Under the pieces are notes generated by a model. The model was given only the letters and a program-made list of their open reading frames with translations, was not told the DNA's origin and ran no database searches. Position numbers and translations under genes: made by a program. Positions 41,729-56,200 of a stretch of DNA of 64,000 nucleotides are shown piece after piece. How positions within the stretch are numbered: the first letter of the stretch is position 1; each line of letters opens with the position of its first letter. The stretch is from the NCBI GenBank assembly GCA_023213395.1, contig CM041465.1, forward strand, positions 72,547,741 to 72,611,740. Reading direction: 5' to 3'. Source of the stretch: Cycas panzhihuaensis. Taxonomy: Eukaryota > Plantae > Cycadophyta.

Positions 41729-44700
41729 TGTTGGATATATTCAACACTTTACAAGTGTTACATATGTATAAGGAGGTTAAAATTTTTGTCTTGCTTCAAT
41801 GCAATCTTCCCCTCCAATCTTCTATAGGGGGATCTAAGGGGGGTAGCAGCCCCCTTTGGCAGGGGGGGTGTGCCCCCCTTCCCCTCCTTTGTAAAGTAGA
41901 GGTTTAGGGGTGATAGACCCTTAAGCAAATTTTAGGGTTTAAATAGAAAAAAGAATCAAGGTTGTTCATCATAAAGACCCTAGATCTGACTATTTAGATC
42001 TTGTACCATCTTATGACATTTTTTCTATAACCTAAATTGGGTAATTCTTTGTAGAGTGTATAGAGTGGATGAGTTGATGATGTAAGTTGGGGTTTCATCT
42101 TTGTAATTCTTTAGCTTTTCCTTAGATTAATAAAAGGTCTATGCTTAGACCTAAATCTCCTAGTGTTCTTTATTGTGTGCTTGATTTGTTTATGTTATTT
42201 ATTTTTTGCACATTTAAAGTTCTATTAATATTGCTTTCATAGTTATATTTTGCTCTTCATTTAGTATCAGAGCTAAAGGTTTTAGTTCTGTGGGAAGCCA
42301 TTTAGTAAGTGGGAGCTTTGTTTGGTGAACTTGAGTGTGATGATCGTAGCAAGTATTATGAAGATGGAGATTGAAAAGTTTAATGGCAAAAACTTTAAGT
42401 TGTGGAAGCTAAAGATGGGAAATATTCTTGTCAAAAAGGACTAATTGACCAATGTAGTAGGAATAAAGCATGTAACTATGCACGGTGAAGGCTAGAAGAA
42501 GCTTGATTAAAAAGCAATCAGTTCAATAAGGTTATACCTTTTAGACATAGTGTTATGGAATGTTACATAGAGCCTACAACCAAAGATTTGTGGATAAAGT
42601 TATAGCTTTGTATCAAATTAAGTCCCTGGTTAATAAGCTATTTCTTTAAAAAGAGTTCTATTCACTCAAGATGAGTGATAGAGATATAGTTGTATATTAT
42701 TTCACTATATTTAATATTGTGGTAAGCCAACTTGCTTTAATTGGGATAATGATGTTTGAAGAAGACAAGTATATTACCTGGTTATGTTCGCTTCCTGATT
42801 CCTAAGGTAAACTTGTGATGACGATTAACAGCAAGGTTGCTCCCACCCTAAAATTTGAAGATGTTATTACTACTCTACTATCAAAATAGATAAGGTAAAA
42901 ATCTTCTAAAGATCATTTAAAAGAAGCATTAGTAGTGAGAGGTTGAATGCTAAATCACGACTAACAAAATCCTAGGAACAGATAGCCAAAATCTAAAGGG
43001 AAATCTAAATCTCTAAGCAGAGGCCCATTGATATGTTAGAGATGTAGGAAGGCTAGCCATATGAAGAGCTAGTGTTGAGTCAAGGCTAACAAGGAAAAAT
43101 CACATGAAGTTACTTCTTCCATGATAGCAAAAGCCTTCGGTGAAGTTGATGGCAATGTTTATTTGGCAACCTCAGGTAAGTTGTTAAATGTTGAGTCTTG
43201 GTTAATTGATTATAGGGATTTACTTCATGTTGCTCCCTATAGGGAGTGGTTTTGTGAATATATAAGTATTAATGGAGGTGAAGTATTTATTAGGGATCAT
43301 TACTTACATAAAATTGTGGGTCATGGAAAGGAGAAGGTTCAATTTGGAGATGTAAGGGTTAAAACTAGCCCTGATGTGAGCCATATTCTTGGTTTAGCTA
43401 TGAGTCTATTGTCTGTTAGTCAATTAGGTGATGCAGGAATAGAAGTGACTTTAAATAAAGATAGTTACAAAATGGTGCAAGGAGCATTGGTATTAACAAG
43501 AAGGGTTCAATTTATAATGTTATACAGGCTTAATGCAAGCACATTATGTGCTAACAATTGTAGTCTAGTTATTACAAAAAGTAGTAATAATATATGTAAG
43601 ACCCAAATATCACTTGCTAGTAAAACTATGTCGTGGCATTAGAGATTGGGCCATATTGGAGAGAAAGGCCTCCATGATTTATTCTCCAAAGGTATGGAAA
43701 AAGATATCTTTGGAATTAATGACTCATTTGATTTTAATTTCTATGAATATTGTATGTATGGAAAATAGAATTTGATTAGTTTTCCTTCAAGCTCAAAGAG
43801 AGCAAAGGGTATTATGCAAGCAAAGGGTATTATGCAATTAGTGCATAGTGATGTTTTTGGACCTGTTAATGTACCCTCATTGGGTAGTTCTAAATTTTTT
43901 GTCTCATTCATAGATGATTTCTTGAGAAAAACATGGCTATATTTTCTTAGGGAGAAATATGAGGTCTTCAAAAAATTCAAATAATTCAAGGCCTTGGTCG
44001 AGAATTAGAGCGATAAGCAGATCAAGGTACTAAAGATTGACAATAGAGGTGAGTTTTACTCAAAGGAGTTTGAGCAGTTCTATAAGCAATATGGAATAAA
44101 AAATCAAAAGATAATTCTCTATATACCATAGCATAACAAAGTTATTGAAAGGATGAATAGGACCTCATTAGAGAGATCAAGAAGTATGTTCAGTGTTGAT
44201 GGATTATAGAAGAAATTCTAGGATAAGGCTATGATGTCTATAAGCTACCTAATAAACATATCACCAACAACTTCTTTAGTGTATAAAACACCTAAAAAAA
44301 ATTGGTCTGGTAAGAAACCATCTCTTAGTCATCTTAAAGTTTTTGGTTGTGAAGCTTTTACGCATGTTCCTAAATAACAGAGGACTAAGATTTATTTCAA
44401 AGCACAAAGGACTATTTTTTATCAGTTATGGTAATGGTGTTAAAGGGTACAAATTTTATAACCTTGAAATATAAAATGTTGTGTATAGTCATGATGTTAT
44501 CTTTAGAGAGGAGTTCAAGTCTCTAATGCAAGATGAAGAACCAAAGAAGGAAGACTCTAAGAAGGTATAATTTGAGGTAAAAGATAAAAATTATATATCA
44601 AAATATAAGTTAGCTAAAGAAGAACTAGCTATAGAGGTAACTCAACTTCAAGAACCCCATATCTGAAGGAGATCAACTTGTGAGAGAAGATAACCTGATA

Positions 44701-46884
44701 GGTATATTCCTGAATACTTTCATCACTCCTTTTTTATTTTATCTTCTACAAATGATGATCTAGGAACTATTTGAGAGGATCTGGAGTCAAAAGAGAGTTA
44801 ACTCTAAATGAAGGCTATTCAAGAAGAAATGATAACCTTGGATAAAATAACATATGGGATTTGGTGGATCTACCTAATGGTAGAAAACATGTTGATAACA
44901 AATAGATCTTCAAGAAGAAGTTTTGGGCAGATGGTACTGTGAAAAAGTACAAGGCTCACTTAGTAGCAAAGAGTTATTCCTAGGTTAAGGGAATAGATTT
45001 TGGTGAGGTATTTTCTCTTATTATAAAAATAACTTCAATTAGATTTTTATTGGCTGTAGCAATTGCCTATGACCTTGAGGTGGATTAAATAGATGTGAAG
45101 ACTACATTTCTTCATGGTGACCTTAAGAAATAAATTTATATATTGCAACCTAAAGGTTTTGAAGTTACAAGGAAGGAGAATATGGTGTGTAGGTTAAAGA
45201 AGATATTATATGGCTTGAAATAGTTATTGAGGATGTGGTATTAGTAGTTTGATTCACATATATTGGTAGATGGCTTTGTGCATAACAAAGTAAATCATCG
45301 TGTCTATTATAAATAAGTTGATGATCACTTTGTTATTCTAGCATTATATGTTGATGATATACTTTTAGTTAGTAACAATAAAGAAATAAATCAACTTGTG
45401 AAAGGCCAACTAGCATCTCATTTTGAGATGAAGGACCTTAGTCTTACATATTGTATTTAGGCATTGAGATTAAAATGGATAGGAGAAATAGGAAGATTTG
45501 GCTTAGCCAAAGATGGCACATTAAGCCAATATTATAGTGATTTAGGTTATAGGATAGTAAACCAGTCAATATTCCTCTTCTTATTAGTTTAAAATTATCA
45601 GTTGAATAATGCCCAAAGACTCACCAAGAAGTTGAAGACATGGAATTTGTCCATTTTGCTAGTGTTGTTGGTAGCCTGATGTATGCAATGATCTACACTT
45701 GACCAAACATTATACATGCAATGAGAGTAGTTAGTAGGTACATGTCAAACCCATGTAGGGAGTATTGGGTGTCTATGAAAAGAATTTTCAAGTATTTGTA
45801 GGGTACATCAAACTATGGAATTTACTATTAAAGAGAACCTAAGAGGTTTTGTTGATGTTGATTAGGTTGGAAATATTAACAGTAAAAGATCTACAAGCGG
45901 GTATATTTTCACCCTTTAATGGTTGCGTAGTCAGCTGAATGAGAAAAAAATAAGAAGTTGTGGCACTTTCTAGTATAGAAGCAGGGTATATGGCAGCTAC
46001 CCATATATGTAAGAAAGTAGTTTGGTTACAGAGATTATGCATAGATATTAGCTTTAAGTAGGATGTTGTGAAGATAGATTGTTATAGTCAAAGTGTAATC
46101 TACCTAGCAAAGAACCCCATTTTTCATGCTCGATTAAAGCATATTGATATGCAATTCTATTTTGTGAGAGAAATGGTTCAAGATTATAAAAGATTGCAAT
46201 ATAAGAGAATGTTGTAGACTTATTGAATAAGGTTGTTAACATAGAAAAATTTAAATGGTGTAAAAAGGCAATGGGTGTTTGTGATTTTGGCATTAAGTAG
46301 TTATGTATGCAAATTTCTTGTAAAGTATTCAACAAGTAGAAGATTGTTAGATATGTTAAATACTTTACAAATGTTACATATGTATTAGGGGGTTAAAATT
46401 TTGATCTTTCTTTGGCACAGTTTTCCCTTCCAGCCTCTTACAAGGGGATCCAAGAGGGGTAATAGCCCTCTTTGGCAGGGGGGTGTAGAGGAGGGAGATG
46501 TCTCCCCCCCCCCAAGCGAAGTAGGGATTCGAGGGAAGTAGACCCCGAAGCAAATTTTAAGGTTCAAATAGAAAAGAGAATTAGGGTTATTCATCATAAA
46601 GACCCTAGATCTGACAGTTTAAATCTTCTACCTTCTTATAACATTCTTTATATAACCTAAATTAGATAATTCTTTGTAGAGTATACATAGTGGATGAGTT
46701 AGTGAGATGAGCTAGGGTTTCATCTCTATAATTCTTTAGCTTTTACTCAAATTAATAAAAGGTTTATGCTTAGAGTTGAATCTCTTGATATTCTTTATTG
46801 TGTGCTTGATTTGTTTATGCTATTTGTTCTTTGCATAGTTAAAGTTTTGTTAATATTACTTCCATGGTTATATTTTGCTCTTCA
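41729..46884 (+). mobile_element. Full-length decayed Copia C (Tnt1/Tork-like)
   Basis: LTRs 41729-42259 and 46345-46884. Exact TSD TGATG. PBS TAGTATCAGAGC. PPT AAGTAGAAGAT. Gag MKMEIEKFNGKNFKLWKLKM, integrase LVHSDVFGP...FIDDF, RT LYVDDIL. Confidence 0.95.
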
Positions 46885-47784
46885 TGATGCAGACTTTCAT
46901 TGTTGCCACTCTCTTACTTAGTTAGAGTCAGTAAATTGAATTAAGCCTAGTTTATCAGTCTTAGTGTATTATAGCCCAAGTCTTAATATACCTTTGATGT
47001 ATCTTAAAATTTGTTTGGTAGTATTCAAGTGAATAACCATTAGATTATGTATAAATCTAGAAATAACTCCTATAGAAAAGGATATATCTAGTTTAGTTGT
47101 TATTAAGTAAATAAGGAATTCAACTAGTTGTCTAAAAAGTGTTCTACTTACTTGATGGTTATCGTTATCAGTTATTATAACACAACCTATTTCCATAAGT
47201 GTGGCACAAGAATTACATTATTCCATATTAAATTTCTTAAGAAGATTCATGGTATACTTTGATTGTAAAATAAAGATGTCATTTGTTGCTTAATGAACTT
47301 CTATGCCAAGATAATAATGAAGTGCACCTATATCAGTCAATCTAAAATTATTTTCCATTTGTGTTCACACCTATTTTATAATTTAATAATCATTACTTGT
47401 AACAATCAAATCATCTACTTATACAATAATTATAATAATCAAGTCTTTTTGTTTCTTAATATAAAGACTTGGATCAACTTCACATCTATTAAATGCTTTC
47501 TTTTAGAGATGATAATCTAATCTTATATACTAGGAGGTTCAAGGTACTTGTTTTAAGTTGTATAATCTTATAGAGTAGATATTCCTCTCATTTATTTTTG
47601 CACCCGAGTGGTCATTCTATATAGACTTCTTCATTTAGATCACCATTTATAAAGTCACTTTTTATATCAAGTTGTATAATTTTCCATCTATTTTGTGCTT
47701 CAAGAGTTATAACTATGTGGATAGTTATTAATTTTACTACTGGAGTAAAAGTTTCTTCATAATCAATACTTGTAGTCTGAGTAT

Positions 47785-50700
47785 TGAAAGAATGATGGTT
47801 CTAGGAGATAAATCACTCACATGCACACAATGGCAATGAAGAATGAAAAAGAAGATGAAACAAGATATGAGAGCAAGCTTAGAGGTGAGAATGAATAATG
47901 ACTCCCTACTTGAGATTTCTCCTTTCATTATTAAGGGTGAGAATTAGGGTTAAGATTTTTCTGCCTAATGACATGAACCCAAAATTATATCTAAATGCAC
48001 ATAAAGTATATTTCATTAAGAGACTAATTCTAATAATATATCCTAAGGTCACATAATTAATCTACATAAATGACCTTGATACATTAACCTCTTTCAAACC
48101 CTCCTTAATGGTAGAAGGTCATTTTTAGAAAATCTATTCTATGAGGTCTTCATTTGAGCCTCATTATTACAATGAAATTCTAAATGACACTTTTGTAGGA
48201 AAACCCTCATGGGGAATAAAAACCCACAAACTTTCTAAGATCTATAGCCCCTTTGTCAATTAAAGGTGGAGAGGATGGTTCTTCTATAATGGCTTTTCCT
48301 TTGTCAACTCTGCTATCTTCAAAAGATGGTGCTAGATGTGCACTCATTTGTTCAGAGTCACAACTTGTATCCTCTAAGGCTCTATTATCAGCTTCTAACA
48401 TTTAGAGTAATTTATGTCTGTCCCCCCCCCCTAAAATTTTAGAATCTGAACATCATACTTGATAACATTATTGTAGTGGCGTGAGGGTACTATGGAGTCT
48501 AATTTAAGTAATTGATCCTCTGTCTCCGTAAAATAAACATCTCTGGTAACAATGATTTTTTGTTCTGAAGGTATGAAGACCTTATACCCTTTCTTATCCA
48601 TAGGGTATCCAACAAAGATGCCTTTAAGTGCCCTTGGCTGGAGTTTATTTCTATCTGTATCCAGAATATGGGCATAGCATGTAGAGCCAAAAATTCTAAA
48701 GTAGTGAATAATGAGGGCTTGTCCTGACCACTTTTTATTAGGTGATTGTACTTCCTTTGATGGGCTAACAGCATTGATACAATAAATGGCTGTCCAGATT
48801 GCTTCAACCTATAGATAGGTAGGTACATTTTTATATATTAACATAGCACGAGCCATATTCATGATTGTCCTGTTCATGCACTCGGTAACTCCATTTTGCT
48901 GTGGGGTACCTGCTACTATTGTTTGATACTTGATGCCATTGTCTCGAAGGTAGCTTTCAAACTCGTGTGAGGTATATTCACCACCATTATCAGTTCAAAG
49001 ATATTTGAGTTGATAACCTGACTCTTTTTCAGTGAGGTCTTTGAATTCCTTGAATATACAGAATGCTTCATCTTTTTTGTGTAGAAGGAATGGGTATTAG
49101 CCCACACAAATCAGAGTGTGCCAATTGTAATAGATGGCTTGATTTCCACTGACTTTTGGGAAATGATTGTCGATGAGATTTGGCAATGATACAAGCTTCA
49201 CATTTAAAGGGCTTAGAGGAAAACTTTGGAAGGTTTGGAAGAGTGTTAGAAAGATCTCTAAGTCTATCAATGTGAACATGGCCCATACGAGCATGCCAAA
49301 GAGCTTTTGGTAACAACGTTGGATGGGTCAAGATGGAATTAAATACAAATTCTTCATCGGCATAAGGGCTTTGAGCACAATAGGCTTTAGAAGATGGAGA
49401 GCCATTCAGTCAAAAGAGTTTACCAGAGAGAGGTCCACTCAAAACCACCTCATTAGTTAGAGGGTGAATGACCTTAAGAGTCTGGTAATTTGTAGTTATA
49501 CTCAGATCAAACCCATGAGAAACAAGTGTAGATAAAGAGAGTAGGTTTTGTTTGAGATTAGGTATGTATAAGACATCAAGTAATGTAAAATCTTCTAAGC
49601 CTAGGAGTTTCAAGCGAATGTTACAAATTTCTTCAATAGGTTATTGTGATTTATTAGCCATGTAAATAATTCCATGAACATTTGAGTCAAATGTTTGATA
49701 TAGACTACGATTGTATGTCATATGTTAATTTGCTCCTATGTCCATGATCCATTGTCCATTGATTGAAGCCACACTATTGGCAATTCTAATAGGGCTTGGC
49801 ATTGGTGAAGGGAATTCACAAGTGATATATCCACACTGAGCTTCAAAGTATCTCTTTAGTTGGTCAATGGCATTTGATGCTGAAGATCCCTCAATTCTTT
49901 GAATGTGTGCTTGTATAAAATGTGCACCACTAAAGGATTCTTCACAAGTTTCTTCAACATTGTGAGCTCCATGTTTTGATTGGAACTTGGCCAACTTATA
50001 AGTGGCAGTTCTGCAATCTTTTGCTAAGTGTCCTTTACGGTTACACCAATCACACATAATAGTTTGATTACCAGTCCCTGAAGAAGTACTAGTTTGACCT
50101 GACTGTCTTGATCTTTATTGAGGTGGCCCTTGGCCTTGAAACTGTCGAGGTTGTGATTGAGGGTTTGATTAACCTTGTGGACGATTTCCCATATTTCTTC
50201 CTCTTCCTCTTGTTCAGTTATTTCCTCTACCACGAGATGGACCTTGATTTTTTGTGTAGCAAACTTCTTCTTCTACCTCAAAGGCTGCATCTGGAAGAGA
50301 GTTAGAGGCTACAAAGTTTGTATTAAATATCTTATCAAATTCTATGAACTTCTCGGTAAGTTCTTTGAAGTTGAGTGTCTTCAATGTTCCACTAGATTGA
50401 AGACTTCCAAGCAAGTTTTTATAATCGAGGACATGTAAACATGACTGGATCAAAAATGCCCAAGTGATGCATTAAGTCTTAAAGTCTTTGTTAATTGCCT
50501 ATTTGATTGGTCGAAGGAGATTTATTGTCTCATGAGCTTGTCCCTTCTGCATTTTTAATTTGTTCATTTTTAAAACAAGATGAACAAATTCTAAATCTGA
50601 CTTCGTATCAAAGTTCTTTCTAAGAACTTCTAGGACCTTCTAGGCTGTATCATGTTCCTCTTCATTTATCAAGTTGTGCAAGGAGTGATCAATGACCAAC

Positions 50701-53266
50701 AAAATTCCTGCATGAATCTTTTCATCATCTATCTCCCATTGTAGTTTAGCTGCAGCATCTCTAGGAGCTATTGAGACAGATCCACTCGAAGCATATGTTG
50801 TAGTCGTTACTGGTGTGCTGGGTGTAGGCTGCAAATGGGCTCTCCAAAGGCCTTCATACTTTGCAGCATTTTTAATTCCAGTGTACCATATATCCTAATT
50901 TTCTTTACCTTTCAATATATAGTTAACATTTTGCTTGAATTAAGATGACATGGTGATGATGAAGAAGTAGAAGAGATGATAAAAGTATGTGTCACTAACA
51001 CGTGTGGCTAATACACATGGCGCAGCGGGGATGTAGAAATGATTATTATGATGAGAAGCAAGCAATGATTAACAATCTTTTAACAATTATATAAAAAAAA
51101 ATGAATATAAGTAATGATGCAAGAATGAGGCCTAATGTAGAGCTAGCAAAGAGTGGTGATGTATTATGCCATTAACCTCTCACTTATGTCCAAATGTAGG
51201 TGAGGTTTCGATGCATAAGGCTTCTAGTATACGATTAGGGCCTTCACCACGATACCCACACCTGCGCTTGGTGATGAAATCCAAGTCACAGTGAAGCCCA
51301 GGTACTCCCAATCCTCAGCCAGTTCACCAATGAGCAGCTTTATACCTCCTCCGAAGAGTCAAACGATACTGTGTATCCAACGGCTATGACGGATATTGAA
51401 CCAGGTTAATTTTAATCTTGCATTAAGGTTTTTAGTTTTCCTAGGTGGTTATTAGGATTATCCCTGATTGGACGCCATAGGTATGGCTAACCTGTCCCTC
51501 CACCACTATTCTAGTTAAGACCAGACCCAGTATGAAACTCACACCTCCTTTAGGGACTGAACTTCGGCCAACCTTAGTCTATTTCAACTAAGGCGAGTGT
51601 GCGCACAAGTCAAGAACTGGCAGTATAGATTGTACAGATGAGATTCCTTTTAGGAATAGTGTAAGATGTTTTCACATAACTGAAAACTAAAATAGAAACT
51701 TGCCAAATGTGCTTGCTTGCTTTTCGTGCTTGCTTTATTATTGTTACTACTTTTATCATGCTTTATTATTGTTGTTGATTTTATGATGCTTTATTATTGT
51801 TGTTACTTTTGTGATGCTTTATGCTATGTATGCAAATAGAAAAGCATGTTAGATTTAGCAGGGGAATTAGATGTTGCTTCCGATCTAAGGTTTCCCTTGC
51901 TTTAGTACAATGTTTCTAAATATGATTTTGAAAGTTTTAATACAAAATCCACAATGGGATAAAAAGTGGATCAACTTACTGCTAAAATAATAATTTTTAT
52001 AAATCTATATGCATGCTATTTTTCCCTTTTTTGGGATTTTTTCACAAAATTTATAAATAATGATAAATGGGTAATTTTTAGAAATTACAAATATGAAGGC
52101 CTAAATGATGAAATCTAAATTTGTGACAGAAGGAAAAAGTGTTCATAATATTGTTTCTAATAAATTTATGAAGTCAGATTTTAGAAAAGCCACAAAATCT
52201 TTTCTGCCCGAAAAAGCACCAAAGCAAAAAGCATGCCAGATCAACTGTCTCAGAATCTAGACTTCAATATGTTAAAATTTATATTTTGGCATGTACATTA
52301 GCTTTCCCTTCTGCACCATCTACAAACTCTGCCAAAAAATTGCCTGAAATGCCCTTACAATGTCCTTTGTGGGGTTGAGTAGGCAAAATCAGCAACCATG
52401 AGAAAACTACATAGATCTCACTAATAGGTGGATGAAATTTGATGATATTTATCTTAAAATGATCTTAAGACATAAATGTAATATATCCCTTAATAAAACT
52501 TTCAGATCGTCAGCATATAATGAAAGGATTTTAATAGGAAAAGTGCTTTAAATCACTAATCCACAAAATTCACCTTTTTTGTCACGGCCAAAACTCACTG
52601 TTATAGGCTAAATCTAAAGTTTCTCCAGAAGATAAAAATGATCCTCTAGTGAAGGTGGCAACGCCAAATTTCATCAAATTCTGAGATGGTTGAATTTTTA
52701 TGAAAACTTGGGCCTTTAATACTCCTGGGACTATTCCAGCAGTTGAACGGCTTCAAAATCCTGTATTCTTCACCTATGAATTTCTTCACACATGTACAAA
52801 TCAGCAACATATAAAATACTTATAATTTATGCTCTCAAAATGTTAAAAAAAATGAATGCACTCTCAATACTTCACATTAAAGTGAAGGAGAGGCAAAATG
52901 ACTCCATGCAAGTGGAATGGAGTGAATAGATCCCCTTCTAGCTCTGATACCACATGAAGGAAGGATGAATCTATGAGATAAATCACTCACATGCACACAA
53001 TGGTAATGGAGAATAAAAAAGAAGATGAAACAACATATGAGAGCAAGCTTGGAGGTGAGAATGAATAATGACTCCCTCCTTGAGATTTCTCCTTTTATTA
53101 TTGAGGGTGAGCATTAGGGTTAGGATTTTCCTACCTAATGACATGAACCCAAAATTACATCTAAATACATATAAAGTACATTTCATTAAGAGACTAATGC
53201 TAATAATATATCCTAAGGTCACATAATTAATCTACACAAATGACCTTGATACATTAACCTCTTTCA
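47785..53266 (-). mobile_element. Copia E with both LTRs and gag-PR-INT but no RT/RNase H; ~2-kb leader
   Basis: 312-bp LTRs at 47785-48096 and 52955-53266. TSD AGTAT/AGTAC. Perfect PBS complement GCTCTGATACCA at 52941-52952. CDWCNRKGHLAKDC, WIMDIGAN, LWHARMGH, LAHSDLCG. PPT at 48097-48108. Confidence 0.92.
51730..51825. repeat. ~27-bp tandem repeat (3 or more copies) in the leader of E
   Basis: TGCTTTATTATTGTT recurs at ~27-bp spacing. Confidence 0.8.
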
Positions 53267-56200
53267 AGTACATCCTTTTTTAATAAGTCTAGCTTTATAC
53301 TTTTTAATGGTGCTATCAAACTTCTCTTTCATCTTGTACACCCATTTGTAACCTATAATAGGTTTACCTTCAGGTGGAGGAACTAACTCTTAGGTATTAT
53401 TTTGATTTATAAAGGCCATTTCTTTATTCATAGCTTCTAGTCACTCTATTTTCTAACAGGCTTCTTTAAAATTCCGAGGCTTAATTAAACAAGTTAATGC
53501 TTAATGTCTTTGAGACCTAGTTTCGTATTCAAAGACATCTCCTTTTGATTCTTCTATAGTTTTTAAATATCATCTTGATAGCCTTTTCTTGGAAGTACTT
53601 ATATATTTTTCTATTCCAACTAATGTTTCTAGTTCTTCATAAGATGATATCTCTTCTTGATCATGAGATATAGATTCTTCCTCAGTTGTATTTTCTTCAT
53701 TGGAGGTCTCTACATTTTTTCCTATTATTATGCCTTTTTTAGTGCATACAATATCCTTAGTGATTGGAGTAACTTCATCAAAACTTACATCTTTGCTTAT
53801 ATAGATTTTATTAGTTTTTGTATATGTACAGTGATAGACTTTTAAATTATTATTATATGCAATCATGATATATTCAATACTTTTTTTTGTCTATCTTAGT
53901 TCTTTTTTTATTTGGGATGTATGCATAAGTAGTGCTTCTAAAAATTCTTAGATGACTTACAATTGGTTTCCTACTACTCCACACTTTTTCTAAAGTAATT
54001 TTATCAAGAGCTCTTATGGGAATTCTATTTATGAAATAAATAACTATGCTAACTTCTTCAATCTATTATACATTTGAGACATCTTTTTCCTTCATCATAC
54101 ATAGTATCATTTTTGTTATAGTTATATTTAGCCTTTTAGCTACCACATTAGACAGTGGGTTATATGGAGTGGTGATCTGTCTATGAATACTATGCATTTT
54201 ATAGAAATTAAAAACTTATTCAAAACATATTCTCCTCCTCTCTATCTATCCTAAAGTATTTTGATTTTGTATTAACTTTCTAATTCAAGTTGAGATTTAA
54301 ATTCTTTAAAGTAATCAAGAGCTTCTAATTCACTGAAGATAAAGAATACCTAGGATTTTCTACTAAAGTAATTTATAAATGTAAGAAAATATGTAATGCC
54401 ACTAATAAAATTTCATATAATTGGTATACATATATCACTATAGACTAGCTCTAGTTTTTCTTGTAACCTCTAATTACTTTCTTGAAATGATGCTCGATGT
54501 TGTTTACCTAACATACAATTTTTATAAAGAGGAAAATTTGTTATAATGTTAATAGGCAATCCATCAAACATAACAAATTTTTTTAGTATTTTTAGTCTAT
54601 CATCCGCAATATGTCCATACCAAGAATACTAAATTTTATTATTAATACTTAGGGAAGTAAAAGTTTTTACAGAAGAGAGAATAGGAGAAGAGATTAATTT
54701 GTAGCAGTCTCTATCCCTTGAGCAATGATTTCATCTCCCTTTTTCATATCATAGACATAACATTTTTTATCTTCATGGAAGATGACTCAAAGCCTTTTCT
54801 TTCTTAATTATGATATAAAAAGAATATTTCTTTTCAATTATGTGACAAACAAAACATTACTAATTTTTTTGATATATTGCTTAATTATGATTGTAATAGT
54901 TTCTTTACCTTCAATGTTTAGAGAGAAATATCACCTATTTCAATTGTTTTATTTATTGGATATGGATGAAGAGTTTCAAATCAATCCTCTCTCCTAGTCA
55001 TATGGTTTAAGGCTCTAGAATTAATAAACTAGTTTTCCTAATGATAAGTACACAAGGCCAAGGCAACAATAAAAACAACTTCTTCTTCCTCCTTATCTTT
55101 AGATAGTTCATTATCATAGTTACCTTCTATATGTTTTCCTTTAAAAAAATTAACTCTTTTATAGAAACAATTACTTGAAAGGTGTCTATATCTACCACAG
55201 TAATAACAAAGATGAGTTTATACTAATCTACAATCTATAACAAAGTGCCATAGTCTACTATAGTGATAATATACCAAGGTATCTATTAATTTTTCTCTAC
55301 CAGATCATGATCTTCCTCTACTAGTTCTTACATCTACTCATTTTTCTCTCATGCCTCTTCCTCATTATCCAAATTATAAGTCTACAGAGAAATACTTCTT
55401 TGACTTATGTTTCTTCCTTATATCTTTGTATCCTCTGCTCTTGTTATAGAATATGTCCATATAAGGTATCGAATGACATATTATTAGCTTATCCTCCCTT
55501 AGTAAGTGTGTTTACCAAATTATCAAATGATTTTGGTAGTTTTAGTACCAAGCAAATAATTTCGTATTTCATATGGATTTTTCTACAAAAGTGAGATTAT
55601 CTTTCATTTCTACTAATTTGGTAATGAAATCGTAAAGTTGTTCACCCTCCCTTAAATGAAAACGGTACAATTACTCCCTAAGAGTAATGATATGGGTTTC
55701 ATTATTCTAACTATATAGAGATATAAGAACTTTATAAGCTTCTACTAAAATGGAGGCTTCACTAATATGAGTTAACATGGGATCACTTATAGATAAAGTA
55801 ATAATTACTAATGATTGTCTATCTCTTTCTGCCCAACTAGCAAGCTTTATAGTATCTTTAACAACTTCTTTTTATTATTTCTCTATGACAATGTCCTAGG
55901 CATTTTTGACAACTAAGAAGCCCTTCATTTTAATTTTCCATGCTTCATAGTATTGACTAATTAACTTATCTAACTCTCCTAATGAATAAATTGAAGCTAT
56001 TTTATGACAAATGATAAAAAGAACTCTTTTTTTATCTATGATAGACCAAGTCTATATGACTATACAATTGTATAGTGAAAGTATAGGTGTACATATTTTA
56101 AGGGGAAAAAACCCTAAATTCAGCTTTTTATTACCATCTACTAGGATCTAAAGTTAGATTTTAAATCACATTTTTAGATTGAGAGAAAATTAGCCCAAAA

